From contig JACRBE010000047.1 of assembly GCA_016213235.1 (NCBI GenBank), forward strand, positions 56,653-120,652: a DNA stretch of 64,000 bases. Direction: 5' to 3'. Below, piece by piece: positions 40,332 through 50,075 of the stretch (positions within the stretch are counted from its first letter, which is position 1; the number at the start of each line of letters is the position of its first letter). The stretch comes from Chlamydiales bacterium. Its GTDB lineage: Bacteria; Chlamydiota; Chlamydiia; Chlamydiales; JACRBE01. The notes beneath the pieces are model-generated. The model was not told the DNA's origin and did no database searches. It saw only the letters and a program-made list of their open reading frames with translations. The position numbers and the translations under genes were made by a program.

Positions 40332-40352
40332 AACTGTTAAAATAAAACAGTT
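40332..40352. promoter_or_regulatory. Perfect palindrome AACTGTT-N7-AACAGTT upstream of the GyrI-like gene
   Basis: A 7-bp perfect inverted repeat lies 35-55 nt upstream of ATG 40297 on the minus strand. Candidate operator. Confidence 0.3.
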
Positions 40353-40486
40353 CCCCTGAGACGCAGGTAATGCGTATAAACAATTTTGAGATAAACTGTT
40401 CAATCCGACTTACTACAGAATAGCACTAATGGTAGAAAAATCAAAATAGTTTTAAGCCAGTTTTGTCTCGTCTAGTGCATAAAATT

Positions 40487-40518
40487 TGCGTAATTTTCAA
40501 TTACGCACTGACTTTTTT
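40487..40518 (+). promoter_or_regulatory. Perfect 9-bp inverted repeat TGCGTAATT-ttc-AATTACGCA followed by T6 (operator or terminator)
   Basis: The repeat is seen directly at 40487-40507, with TTTTTT at 40513-18. It lies 80-110 nt upstream of the HTH ORF. It could be an autoregulatory operator or a terminator of a lost upstream gene. Confidence 0.4.
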
Positions 40519-40597
40519 GATTCGGTTTTTTGATGAGTTTTCTCTCGTAAAATGAAGGAAATTTTCAAGCGCAAAATGCTTCATTCAACCGTGTTCG

Positions 40598-40846
40598 ATG
40601 TCGCAAGCCACATTAACCCGCTTATCAGGAATGAGTGAGCAGGCTATTCGTCGTTGGGAAAATGGAAAAATCAATATTCCCAAACCATCGGAATCTTTAT
40701 TAAGGCTTCTTTATAAAGAGCATGTAAAAGACAAAGATGGAACAATTTCAATAATACTTAAGAAAATAGCAAATTTAGAAGAGCAGATGAATAATGATGA
40801 TCTGCATTTTAAAGACACTGCGAAAGGTTGGCAATCAGCAGCATAG
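40598..40846 (+). CDS. XRE/MqsA-like helix-turn-helix protein, apparently N-terminally truncated
   Basis: SQATLTRLSGMSEQAIRRWENGKINIPKPSESLLRLLYKEH matches helices 2-5 of an XRE HTH (MqsA C-terminal-domain style, ...LLRLL...). Helix 1 and any N-terminal domain are missing. An in-frame TGA lies at 40553. Confidence 0.55.
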   Translation: MSQATLTRLSGMSEQAIRRWENGKINIPKPSESLLRLLYKEHVKDKDGTISIILKKIANLEEQMNNDDLHFKDTAKGWQSAA

Positions 40847-40941
40847 CAATTTTTAAATTTGGAATATGCTCTTATGAATATATCGCTTAAAAATCAAAAC
40901 TTCGAATAGAATAAGCCAAAACTATAACAGAAATAAGTGCT

Positions 40942-41943
40942 ATGAAAAAGAGAACGATTTTAACGGGCGATAGGCCAACGGGGCCTCTTCATTTAGGACA
41001 TTATGTTGGATCATTAAAAGCTAGGGTGGAGTTGCAACATATCCATGAGCAATTTGTCATGATAGCAGATGCTCAGGCATTGACCGATCATGCAGAGAGA
41101 CCAGAAATAGTTAGAGAAAATGTCTTTCAAGTAGTGCTTGATTATTTAGCCGTAGGAATCGATCCAATAAAAACCACTATTTTTATTCAATCAAAGATAC
41201 CTGCTATTTCGGAGCTCACCTGTTTTTATCTTAATCTTGTAACCTGGAATCGTCTTAAACATAATCCCACAGTAAAGCAAGAGATAAAACAGAAAAATTT
41301 TGGTGATGCGGTTCCTGCCGGCTTTATGATCTATCCCGTTTCTCAAGCAGCGGACATTACTTGTGTGCAAGCAGATTTAGTGCCTGTTGGAGAAGATCAA
41401 AAACCGATGATTGAGCAAACGAATGAAATTGTAAGAGCCTTTAATCGTATCTATAAGACGAATGTGCTTGTAGAAGCAGAGGCCCTTATTCCAACAATTG
41501 CCAGGCTGCCGGGAACAGATGGAAATGCCAAAATGGGCAAAACTCTAAACAATGCTATTTATCTATCAGAAACCGCAGAAGTCTTAAGTGCAAAAGTAAA
41601 AAAAATGTATACCGATCCAGGACATCTTCGTGTAGAAGATCCAGGAAAGGTGCAAGGTAATCCTGTTTTTACCTATCTTGATGCATTTGGCATGGATAAA
41701 GAAAAAATTGAAGAGATGAAAGCCCATTATAAACGGGGTGGCCTTGGCGATATGGTAGTGAAAAAATATTTGCTTGAGGTGTTGGAAGGCTTTTTAGGTC
41801 CTATTCGAAAAAGAAGGGAAGAATTTGCTAAAGATAAAGGGGAACTCATCAATATCTTAAAGAAAGGGACTGCAAAAGCAAATGAGAGGGCAGAAAAGAC
41901 TCTTTATCTAGTAAAAGAGGCGATGCAAATCAATTATTTCTAA
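40942..41943 (+). CDS. trpS: Tryptophan--tRNA ligase
   Basis: 333 aa. It has HIGH ([16 protein letters not shown]), the KMSKS variant KMGKT and the TrpRS-typical [14 protein letters not shown]. Confidence 0.95.
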   Translation: MKKRTILTGDRPTGPLHLGHYVGSLKARVELQHIHEQFVMIADAQALTDHAERPEIVRENVFQVVLDYLAVGIDPIKTTIFIQSKIPAISELTCFYLNLVTWNRLKHNPTVKQEIKQKNFGDAVPAGFMIYPVSQAADITCVQADLVPVGEDQKPMIEQTNEIVRAFNRIYKTNVLVEAEALIPTIARLPGTDGNAKMGKTLNNAIYLSETAEVLSAKVKKMYTDPGHLRVEDPGKVQGNPVFTYLDAFGMDKEKIEEMKAHYKRGGLGDMVVKKYLLEVLEGFLGPIRKRREEFAKDKGELINILKKGTAKANERAEKTLYLVKEAMQINYF

Positions 41944-41949
41944 TAACAT

Positions 41950-43311
41950 ATGAATCAAAAAAAACCGCTTACGGTATGGTCTCTTGGTTTGATGAGTGTA
42001 GTCATTGTTTCAAGCTTGCAAATCATGACCGGGTGTGCCATCTATGGATCTTCGTTGTTGTTTTTCTTTCCTCTTGCCATTATTTTATTTTTTTTACCTT
42101 GCCTTTGGATTATTGGAAGGCTTGTTCTTGCTTTTCCGATCACGGGGGGATCCTATATTTGGGTAGAGCGTGCCTTTGGAAAAAATCTTGGTTTTTTTAC
42201 CGTTTGTATTCAATGGCTTTGTAACCTGATTTGGTATCCTACCATCTTTTCATTAATTGCCACATCGCTAGCATATATAATCGCTCCCGATCTTGCGTCT
42301 AATAAGATATATATATTTGGATCGACACTTTTTTTATTTTGGGGCATCACGTTTATCAACTCCCTTGGCATAAAAATATCAGGTCTTGTAAGCGCTATTA
42401 GTGCTTTAGTTGGAGTGATACTGCCATCTACTATTTTGATTGCACTAGGGATCATGTGGATAGCTAAATCCTACCCTATGCAAATTGCATTTGATGCAGC
42501 ATCTATATTTCCTGATTTTACCGATTTATCTCAGGTGGCTTTCTTAACGCAGATATTGATTAGTTTTATTGGTCTGGAAATGGCGTTTGTCCATGTTGGA
42601 GATTTGCAAAATCCATCCAAAAGTATACCAAGAGCATTAGCTCTCTCTGCTTCTCTTATTTTATTTCTGGTGATACTAGCGCCACTATCGGTTGCAGTAG
42701 TAATCCCTAAAGAGCAAATCCATATTATCGCAGGTGTTTTAGATGCCATCCAACTATTTTTTAGCCACTTTCAGTTGCCACATATCGTTTATTTGGCTAT
42801 TTTGACCTGCGTTTTTATAGGGAATTGTGGAAATGTCACCGCCTGGATGATCAGTGCTACGAGGGGAATGCATGTTGCTTGCAATGCTTGTCATATGCCA
42901 CCTTTCCTTTGTTTAACCAACCGCTATGGCGCCCCTCTAGGAATACTTGTTTTTGAAGCTATCATCTTTTCTATTTGTGTCTCTTTTTTTCTTTTCTTTG
43001 ACACTATTAGCAATGCTTATTGGATTTTACTAGTACTTGCGTGCCAAGTAGCATTGATTTATTACCTTTTTATTTTTGCAGCGGCAGTCTCTTTGGAATG
43101 TAAAAAAGGTAATAGAATGGGATATAAAAAAATCACGATAAGCGCCGCAATAGTAGCTAGCTTCAGTGTGCTTGTTGCGACAAGCTTTGGATTTGTACCA
43201 CCAAGCCAAGGAAGCGTATCTCAAGGATACCTTTATCCCTTTAGTTTAGCAGGTGGCATCATCATTATTTTAGGACTACCTTTTATGTTGCTAAAACTGA
43301 GACGTAACTAG
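41950..43311 (+). CDS. APC-superfamily amino-acid permease (glutamate:GABA antiporter/GadC-like family)
   Basis: 453 aa, polytopic. It starts 6 nt after the trpS stop. It is paralogous to 48693-50075 (GGSYIWVERAFGKNLGFF... versus GGIYQWVNKAFGKKWAML...). Confidence 0.8.
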   Translation: MNQKKPLTVWSLGLMSVVIVSSLQIMTGCAIYGSSLLFFFPLAIILFFLPCLWIIGRLVLAFPITGGSYIWVERAFGKNLGFFTVCIQWLCNLIWYPTIFSLIATSLAYIIAPDLASNKIYIFGSTLFLFWGITFINSLGIKISGLVSAISALVGVILPSTILIALGIMWIAKSYPMQIAFDAASIFPDFTDLSQVAFLTQILISFIGLEMAFVHVGDLQNPSKSIPRALALSASLILFLVILAPLSVAVVIPKEQIHIIAGVLDAIQLFFSHFQLPHIVYLAILTCVFIGNCGNVTAWMISATRGMHVACNACHMPPFLCLTNRYGAPLGILVFEAIIFSICVSFFLFFDTISNAYWILLVLACQVALIYYLFIFAAAVSLECKKGNRMGYKKITISAAIVASFSVLVATSFGFVPPSQGSVSQGYLYPFSLAGGIIIILGLPFMLLKLRRN

Positions 43312-43333
43312 TCTTTGAATATTCTTAACAATA

Positions 43334-44278
43334 TCAACTGTACAGGTAAGTGAAACCGACAAACATGGTGTCTTGATCAGCTGTTGATAGAGCTGGATTG
43401 TTTCTGATAATTGTTTTGGCTTCATCATAACGTCGTTCTGCAAATAATTGCTGTATTTGTCTAAGATCTTCCTGGCTAAATACGGATTCTATTGTTCTTA
43501 TGTCTAAAAGGGGGGTGATTTTTTGGTCTTCGTTTTCTATAGGAGTAGATTCATCGGTTATATAAAAGGGATGGGCAAAAGTAGACTCTTCTGCCTCATC
43601 CATTTCGTCATCTATATTACAGGAATGAACAGGTGAGGGCTCTTCTTCATTGGTGTCTTCCCAAGCATTCTTTTTTATAAGAGCTGATTTTTTTTCAATA
43701 TAATAAAGTAGTTCATTTGTAGCTGCTTTTGTGAATGGATCTCCACTTTCTGATATTTCGGTAAGTTTGTCTGTAACTATTGTTATAATCTGGTTGCGCA
43801 GGCTCAGATCCGGAATATCTAATCCTAGTATGGCGGCTTTTCTATAGTCTTCATTTTCTGCTAAATGATAAGCGCAACAAAAGAGAACGTGGGATTTGAC
43901 ATCATTGGAAAGAGAGGGATTATCATGAATAGTATTAGCGCATTTTTCATAATCACCACGATCAAGAAGTCCTTCTATTTGCTCTGTTAAACCTGGAATA
44001 GCAGCAAGTTGATCTTTGACATGGGAGGGGAGTCTCCCGAGTATAGTAATGGTAAGCGCAGGGCGAGTGCTAACCTGTTGTGGAAGTACCTGTGTATGGC
44101 GTACCTGTAAGGTGCTTGGAACGTTTGAAGGAGCTGCCATAGATGGTAATGATTCTCTAGCAATAACGGATTCTCTTGCCTCTACTATAGGAGCAACAGC
44201 CCTTGTCCCGAAACAACTAGTAAGCCGTTCCCCTAGTTGTGTAAAGCCCCTGGTAATTCCTTCAAGTGTGATTCTCAT
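43334..44278 (-). CDS. Hypothetical protein with a duplicated helical motif (effector-like)
   Basis: 314 aa. A repeat occurs twice: DRGDYEKCANTIHDNPSLSNDVKSHVLFCCAYHL and AERRYDEAKTIIRNNPALSTADQDTMFVGFTYLY. There is an acidic linker (DTNEEEPSP..DDEMDEAEE) and a Pro/Ser/Val-rich N-terminal region. No signal peptide. Confidence 0.5.
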   Translation of the reverse strand: MRITLEGITRGFTQLGERLTSCFGTRAVAPIVEARESVIARESLPSMAAPSNVPSTLQVRHTQVLPQQVSTRPALTITILGRLPSHVKDQLAAIPGLTEQIEGLLDRGDYEKCANTIHDNPSLSNDVKSHVLFCCAYHLAENEDYRKAAILGLDIPDLSLRNQIITIVTDKLTEISESGDPFTKAATNELLYYIEKKSALIKKNAWEDTNEEEPSPVHSCNIDDEMDEAEESTFAHPFYITDESTPIENEDQKITPLLDIRTIESVFSQEDLRQIQQLFAERRYDEAKTIIRNNPALSTADQDTMFVGFTYLYS

Positions 44279-44551
44279 TTTTCTACCTATTATTTAGCAT
44301 TAACGGAATCATTATACTATTTTTTTTAATTTGTATCAATGTAAAAAAAAATATAAAGGGTTGTTTTACAACATATTTGTAATGAACAACTTACGACAAG
44401 TTAGCTTTTTAAAGTTTGTGTTTTTGAGCAAAATAGAAATTTCAAGCATATTCATTGTTAAAGACTTACAAAACCATACAGCTAAAAAGACGCAAAGGTC
44501 GACTTCTAGTGGTGAGAATTTAGCTGTAGGCAGTTTTAACGATTTAAGAAA

Positions 44552-44938
44552 TTATGGTTTTTTGCTTTGATTTTCTTCTTCTATTTCATGATTGAGATCT
44601 TCTTCAAAGTCTTCTTCTGTCTCTTCTGTCTCTTCTGTATGTGACCAAAATTCTTTAACCAGTACATAGATGGCGCCTAGTATAAATACCACAGGAAGCA
44701 GTATGTCCCAGGAGACATTAAATTGAGCTGTAACAAAAACACCAAAGAAAACAAGTAAGGAGATGATCATATCACGTATCTTGCCAAGAAGATACTGTCG
44801 TAGCGCAAGCGCTAGGCCAATCACAATCATGATGGAAGGCCATAGATCAAATTGAAACAGGATGATTGCAAGCCCTAGCAAAAAAATAGAGGCACTGATT
44901 GCTTTTGCTCTTCTTTTAGATGTAATTGCATTTGCCAT
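44552..44938 (-). CDS. Small membrane protein with an acidic C-terminal tail
   Basis: 128 aa with three or four TM helices and the tail HTEETEETEEDFEEDLNHEIEEENQ. It is the third gene of the minus-strand ruvB-spoIID-like run. Confidence 0.55.
   Translation of the reverse strand: MANAITSKRRAKAISASIFLLGLAIILFQFDLWPSIMIVIGLALALRQYLLGKIRDMIISLLVFFGVFVTAQFNVSWDILLPVVFILGAIYVLVKEFWSHTEETEETEEDFEEDLNHEIEEENQSKKP
44613..44639 (-). repeat. 3 x 9-bp tandem repeat (TCTTCTGTC) encoding TEE-TEE-TEE
   Basis: Read directly: tcttctgtc tcttctgtc tcttctgta, inside the acidic tail of the 44552-44938 ORF. Confidence 0.9.
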
Positions 44939-44947
44939 GATTATTCC

Positions 44948-46114
44948 TTATTTTATAATGTGATGGTACTTTTCAAAATTACTAATTTTTTGTAGATAGG
45001 TGAGTGGAAAAAAGTCAGAGAGGATTTCTTGCGCTGTAGAGCCATTTTTTGCCAGCTTTTCTGCAGAAAAAAGGCAAAGGCCTATACCTAGTCCTTCTCC
45101 ATATCCTTCGAAGTGGATCTGGTTGTCAATTAAGCGCACTGTAAAATCATTGCTTTTCAACTTGGATTTTCCAAGTAACTGTTGGATTTCATCAAAAGTA
45201 AAGTCTTTATGTTTTGTTTTGTTTTTTATACGTATTGCATACGCTTTTTTCGAAGAGGAATCTACGAAGAGATCAATTTGTGTAATTGGTTTTATATTAC
45301 AAAGCTCAGAAAAGTGGGGTGCATCCAGAACAAACTCCCATTTAACATGCTCTCTTTCTTTTTTAGCTAGTAGAGATTCAACACCTATAGGCGTAGCTAC
45401 TTGCTTTTTAAAAATAGATCCATAAGCTGCCGTGATACCAGCGCAATTAGCAGTAAATGTACATGGAAAGGGGCTATCTTTATAAGTCATCGTTAAATTA
45501 CGAGTTTTATTTATGGCTGTTTCTATATCAAAATCAACGAGCGTAGTAGCATAGCCACCGTATTGCACATCTTTTGCAGCAACCTGCCAATAAACATCTT
45601 GGTTTTTTAAAGAAGTGTAATAAGCATTTGTTCGGAAAATGATAGCTAGACATTCGAGCACGGTAGGGGATAGTTTCTTAAAACCAAAGTTGCTGGTCAT
45701 AACAGAAGAAACATAATTTTCTATATCTACTTCATTCAATAAACTGATCTTATTACCAATTTGATAAGCTTCTAAACAGCCACGATATTCAATGCCATCC
45801 ACAAGAATTGAAGTGTCTAATGAAGAAGGGATAATCTGAATTTGATAAACGCTAGGGAACCCTTCTCCCCATTTCAATCCATCGCTTTGTGGCAGCATAG
45901 CAAAGCGCTTGCCTTGAAAGCCGATGCTTAATAATCTGTGGTTTGATGGGTTGTATATTTTGTAAGATCCTTTGACTTCAACAAGAGAACCTTCCACATC
46001 TTTTTTGAGCAATACTTTAATAGTAGGTGGCTTTTCCATCTGTTGCTTTTTTTCTTTTGCAATAGCTGTGATTGTCATACTAACCATGAAGACAACAACC
46101 ATCCATTTTATCAT
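44948..46114 (-). CDS. SpoIID/LytB-domain protein (peptidoglycan remodelling)
   Basis: 388 aa with a signal/TM N-terminus. ENYVSSVMTSNF...VLECLAIIFRTNAYY fits the SpoIID block E.Y..gV...Em......ealkAqaiaaRtYa. The start overlaps the ruvB stop by 4 nt. Confidence 0.6.
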   Translation of the reverse strand: MIKWMVVVFMVSMTITAIAKEKKQQMEKPPTIKVLLKKDVEGSLVEVKGSYKIYNPSNHRLLSIGFQGKRFAMLPQSDGLKWGEGFPSVYQIQIIPSSLDTSILVDGIEYRGCLEAYQIGNKISLLNEVDIENYVSSVMTSNFGFKKLSPTVLECLAIIFRTNAYYTSLKNQDVYWQVAAKDVQYGGYATTLVDFDIETAINKTRNLTMTYKDSPFPCTFTANCAGITAAYGSIFKKQVATPIGVESLLAKKEREHVKWEFVLDAPHFSELCNIKPITQIDLFVDSSSKKAYAIRIKNKTKHKDFTFDEIQQLLGKSKLKSNDFTVRLIDNQIHFEGYGEGLGIGLCLFSAEKLAKNGSTAQEILSDFFPLTYLQKISNFEKYHHIIK

Positions 46115-47106
46115 TTTTTTACTCCTAAATGTTCGTAAGCAGTCGATGTGGCTTCTCTCCCTCTTTTTGTTCGTTTGATAAGTCCTTGCATCATCAAATA
46201 GGGTTCATAAACTTCTGCAAGAGTATCTGCTTCTTCCCCAACAGCCGCCGCAAGTGTTTGAATGCCTACAGGGCCTCCTTGGTAAGACCCAATAATTGTG
46301 CTTAAAATTTTCTTGTCCATTTCATCAAGTCCCATCTCATCAATCGATAACATTTCTAAGGCTTTTCGTGTAGTAGTATCATCGATCTTCTTTACATCAT
46401 GCATTTGTGCATAATCACGAATCCATTTTAACAGGTTATTTGCAATGCGAGGTGTGCCTCTGGATCGTTTTGCTAATTCTAAAGAGGCTCTTTCTTCTAA
46501 TTCTAGATTTAATATATTAGAGGAGCGAAGAATGATTTGATTTAACTCCTCCGGCCTGTAGTAATCAAGTCTACAAGTAAAGTGGAATCTGGAACGAAGA
46601 GGGGATGTAATAAGACCAAGACGCGTTGTTGCGCCAATTAAAGTAAATGGATTTAAGGTGACTTGTACCGTTCTTGCACTAGGACCGCTATCAATAATTA
46701 AATCAAGACGATAATGCTCGATAGCCGGATATAAATACTCTTCAATATTGCGGTTCAGACGATGAATTTCATCAATAAATAAAATATCGCCGGGTTGTAA
46801 ATTTGTTAAAATTCCTGCTAAGTCACCAGCCTTTTCGATACTAGGTCCCGATGTTATCACAATGTTAGCGCCCATTTCATTTGATAAAATAGAGGCAAGA
46901 GTTGTTTTCCCAAGTCCAGGTGGTCCATAAAATAGAGTATGCCCTAAAGTTTCTTGTCTTTTTTTTGCAGCTCCAAGAAAAACATGAAGTCTTTCATGAA
47001 TAGAAGGATGTCCAATAAAGTCTTTTAAAAACTTAGGACGGAGTTGATAATCATATTGTTTATCTTGTTTTACAAAAGAGGGAGTCTCTTCCATAGATGA
47101 AGCCAT
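46111..47106 (-). CDS. ruvB: Holliday junction branch migration helicase RuvB
   Basis: 331 aa. It has Walker A GPPGLGKTTLA, Walker B ILFIDEIHRL, sensor TLIGATTR and the RGTPRIANNLL arginine-finger region. Confidence 0.96.
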   Translation of the reverse strand: MASSMEETPSFVKQDKQYDYQLRPKFLKDFIGHPSIHERLHVFLGAAKKRQETLGHTLFYGPPGLGKTTLASILSNEMGANIVITSGPSIEKAGDLAGILTNLQPGDILFIDEIHRLNRNIEEYLYPAIEHYRLDLIIDSGPSARTVQVTLNPFTLIGATTRLGLITSPLRSRFHFTCRLDYYRPEELNQIILRSSNILNLELEERASLELAKRSRGTPRIANNLLKWIRDYAQMHDVKKIDDTTTRKALEMLSIDEMGLDEMDKKILSTIIGSYQGGPVGIQTLAAAVGEEADTLAEVYEPYLMMQGLIKRTKRGREATSTAYEHLGVKK

Positions 47107-47270
47107 TAATTATTTGATTCAAGCAAAATAAAACTCTAGCAAGAAAAGGATTTCAAAAGCTATAGCTAATAACCTCGAAGATAACAAATCACTATTATTT
47201 GTTCTATCGGTTTGTTGGCAGTATTTTCAACCTATGTTACGATCTTTGTTTTTACTAAGGAAATGCAATC

Positions 47271-48623
47271 ATGAGAATCTCTTTTTATATCATTTTTCTG
47301 TTGTTCTTTACAAAAAGTAATGGACTAGAAAATAGAGGGTATTTTCAGCAAAAAGAGTTCCAAGGATCCCATATTGGTATTTATATAAAAGAAATAGGAC
47401 AAGGCAAGGAAATCTGTGCATGGAATGCAGATCAGTTGTTTGTCCCTTCATCGCTCCAAAAAATATCAACGACTTTTGCAGCGCTTATCCTCTATCCTTC
47501 TACCTACGCTTTCATTACTAAATTAGAATATGAAGGAACAATCGATGATAAGAAAATACTGCATGGTAATGTATGGATTAAAGGGGGCGGAGATCCAACA
47601 TTATCGCTGGATATCATCTCAACGTGGACAAAAGATCTACATCATATAGGTATTTATCAAATAGATGGGAAAATCATTTTAGATCCTACCTGCTTTGAAT
47701 CGGCGCTATCTTCTCCTTATTGGCTTTTTGAAGATCTTGGTAATTATTATGGCGCAGGAGCTTGCGGCCTCACCATTAATCATAATATGTATCAAGTAAC
47801 ATTTAAACCGGGAGATAAAGAGGGATGTCTAGCTAGTGTCATTGATACAAATCCCGTGATTCCTCAGCTTTCTTATATTAACGAAGTAACAACAGGTCCA
47901 AAAGGATCAGGAGATCAAGCATGGGTTTTTGGCTCAGAATACTCGCCTTTGCAATATTTAAGGGGAACTGTTCCCATAGATTCTCCAGTATTTACCATTA
48001 AAGCGGCTATACCGGATCCTGTAGCTTTTTTGGGAGAAGAACTAAGGAAAGCATGGAATCCTACTAAAGGCATTCAGATAATAAAAGAAAAAGAGCAAGA
48101 AAAAACAACAACACTAATACAGCAATATCCATCTCCAGCCTTAAAAGAAATCATCCTGGAAATGAACAGATATAGTATCAATCTTTATGCGGAACATTTG
48201 CTAAAATTAATAGGGGATGGGAGTAGCTCTAAAGGAAGAAAATATATTCAAGATTTACTACAAACACTCCAAGTCCCATCCCAGATAAAAGATGGATCTG
48301 GTATTGCAAGAACCAACTTGTTAACACCAAAAGGATTTGTTGCAATCTTGGAACAAATAAAGTACTCGCCATCGTTTGAACTAATATATGACTCTCTACC
48401 AGAGCCAGGAGAAGGATCTCTCCGTTTATTTGCTCCTTTAAAGCAAGGAAAATTGAAAGCAAAAACAGGAAGAATGAGTAACATCTACAATTTGGGCGGT
48501 TATTTAGAATCAAATGGTAAAACCTATGCATTTGCTATTTTTTGTAATCACTATTTGGATAAAAGCAGCATTATAGAAGAAGAGATGCATCGATTATTAG
48601 AAGATGTTCTGGCACAAGAATAG
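47271..48623 (+). CDS. dacB: D-alanyl-D-alanine carboxypeptidase/endopeptidase, PBP4 (S13) family
   Basis: 450 aa with a signal peptide. It has SxxK (PSSLQKI), SxN (YSINLYAE) and KTG (KAKTGRMSN) at the spacing typical of PBP4. Confidence 0.8.
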   Translation: MRISFYIIFLLFFTKSNGLENRGYFQQKEFQGSHIGIYIKEIGQGKEICAWNADQLFVPSSLQKISTTFAALILYPSTYAFITKLEYEGTIDDKKILHGNVWIKGGGDPTLSLDIISTWTKDLHHIGIYQIDGKIILDPTCFESALSSPYWLFEDLGNYYGAGACGLTINHNMYQVTFKPGDKEGCLASVIDTNPVIPQLSYINEVTTGPKGSGDQAWVFGSEYSPLQYLRGTVPIDSPVFTIKAAIPDPVAFLGEELRKAWNPTKGIQIIKEKEQEKTTTLIQQYPSPALKEIILEMNRYSINLYAEHLLKLIGDGSSSKGRKYIQDLLQTLQVPSQIKDGSGIARTNLLTPKGFVAILEQIKYSPSFELIYDSLPEPGEGSLRLFAPLKQGKLKAKTGRMSNIYNLGGYLESNGKTYAFAIFCNHYLDKSSIIEEEMHRLLEDVLAQE

Positions 48624-48692
48624 TATTGATTAGTTACCTCGTCTTATTATACAATCGACTTATTAATTTTCTCGTGATTTGCTTGGAACTGT

Positions 48693-50075
48693 ATGCCTAA
48701 AAAGATATCTTTTATTTCCCTTGTTGTTTTGATTATCGCTTCTGTTGATAATATAAGAAATTTACCAGCAGCTGCACTCTTTGGTAGTGCGCTCGTTTTT
48801 TTCTTTGCACTATCTGCAATTGTTTTTTTGATACCTACTTCTTTAATGGCGGCAGAGCTTTCTGCAGCATTCCCAGACAAGGGTGGCATATATCAATGGG
48901 TTAACAAGGCTTTTGGTAAGAAATGGGCGATGCTTGCTATTTGGTTGCAGTGGATTAATACGATGGTGTGGTATCCGGCAATGCTCGCATTTATTGCGGG
49001 TACTCTTGCTTATTTAATCAATCCACAGCTCGCTCAAAATAAAACATATCTTATTTCGGTTATTTTAATTATTTTTTGGTCCCTTACCCTAGTCAATCTG
49101 AAAGGTCTTCATATTTCTGCCATGATCAATAATGTTTTTGCAACACTTGGAATGATCCTCCCGATGTGCTTATTGATTGCTCTTGGTATATTTTGGGTTT
49201 TTAGCGGCAGACCGCTTCAGATAAATTTAACGATAGAAAATATCATTCCTCCTTTGAATAATTCCACTAGTTGGATCTCATTGATTGCTATCATGGCATC
49301 TTTTTTAGGAATGGAACTCTCCGGTGTTCATGTTAATGATATTAAGCAGCCACAAAAAAATTTTCCAAAAGCTGTTTTGCTTGCCTCGCTCTTTATTTTC
49401 TTAACCATGCTCTTTGGATCATTATCTATTGCCTTTGTATTGCCAGAAAAAGATATTAATCTTGTTTCTGGGGTAATGCAGGTATTTGCCCGATTCTTTC
49501 AAGCATTTCATCTGGAAGCTTGGATGCCTCTTTTGACCCTTTCCATTGTGATTGGTTCTATTGGTACTATCATTAATTGGTTGATTTCACCTGCAAAAGG
49601 ACTGCTTCATGCTGCAGAATTTGGATTTTTACCACCCTTTTTTAGTCGTAAAAATAAGGCCGGTGTTGCTTCCAATATCCTGCTTGCTCAAGCTGTTTTA
49701 GTGAGTCTTTTTTGCTGCGTGTTTTTAATAGAGCCAAGTATCAATGCATTTTACTGGTTTTTGACAGCTCTTAGTACAGAGCTATATATGATCATGTACA
49801 TATTGATGTTTTGCTCTGGTATATGTCTTCATTATAAATATGTGGATCGCCCAAGCAAATTCAAGATTCCTGGGAACAATTGTGGCATGTGGACTGTTGC
49901 TTCATTAGGGTTAATAGGATGTATCATCACAATCATTGTCAGTTTCTTCCCTCCTGAAAATGTCAATATTGGTAGCCCAATGCGATACTTGACAATGATT
50001 GTAGTCGGTAACATCGTAACGATTAGTCCGGTTTTCTTTTTTTACTTTTATAAAAGAAAAAACGAGGTCCTTTAA
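48693..50075 (+). CDS. APC-superfamily permease, glutamate:GABA antiporter (GadC-like) family
   Basis: 460 aa, collinear with E. coli GadC by eye. Examples: MELSGVHVNDIKQPQKNFPKA versus GadC [22 protein letters not shown], and VSFFPPENV versus VSFLPPDNI. Confidence 0.85.
   Translation: MPKKISFISLVVLIIASVDNIRNLPAAALFGSALVFFFALSAIVFLIPTSLMAAELSAAFPDKGGIYQWVNKAFGKKWAMLAIWLQWINTMVWYPAMLAFIAGTLAYLINPQLAQNKTYLISVILIIFWSLTLVNLKGLHISAMINNVFATLGMILPMCLLIALGIFWVFSGRPLQINLTIENIIPPLNNSTSWISLIAIMASFLGMELSGVHVNDIKQPQKNFPKAVLLASLFIFLTMLFGSLSIAFVLPEKDINLVSGVMQVFARFFQAFHLEAWMPLLTLSIVIGSIGTIINWLISPAKGLLHAAEFGFLPPFFSRKNKAGVASNILLAQAVLVSLFCCVFLIEPSINAFYWFLTALSTELYMIMYILMFCSGICLHYKYVDRPSKFKIPGNNCGMWTVASLGLIGCIITIIVSFFPPENVNIGSPMRYLTMIVVGNIVTISPVFFFYFYKRKNEVL

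Noticed and set aside
44331-44570. A 79-aa ORF lies in the AT-rich gap between 43334-44278 and 44552-44938.
   Set aside because: It has a TTG/ATG start in extremely AT-rich DNA with no Shine-Dalgarno. Its composition is Lys/Phe/Asn-biased, typical of random AT-rich frames, and it runs into the next gene on the opposite strand.
45000-45425. A 141-aa plus-strand ORF and smaller ORFs lie opposite the SpoIID-like gene.
   Set aside because: This is a shadow ORF. The minus-strand frame has the recognisable SpoIID block and operon context with ruvB.
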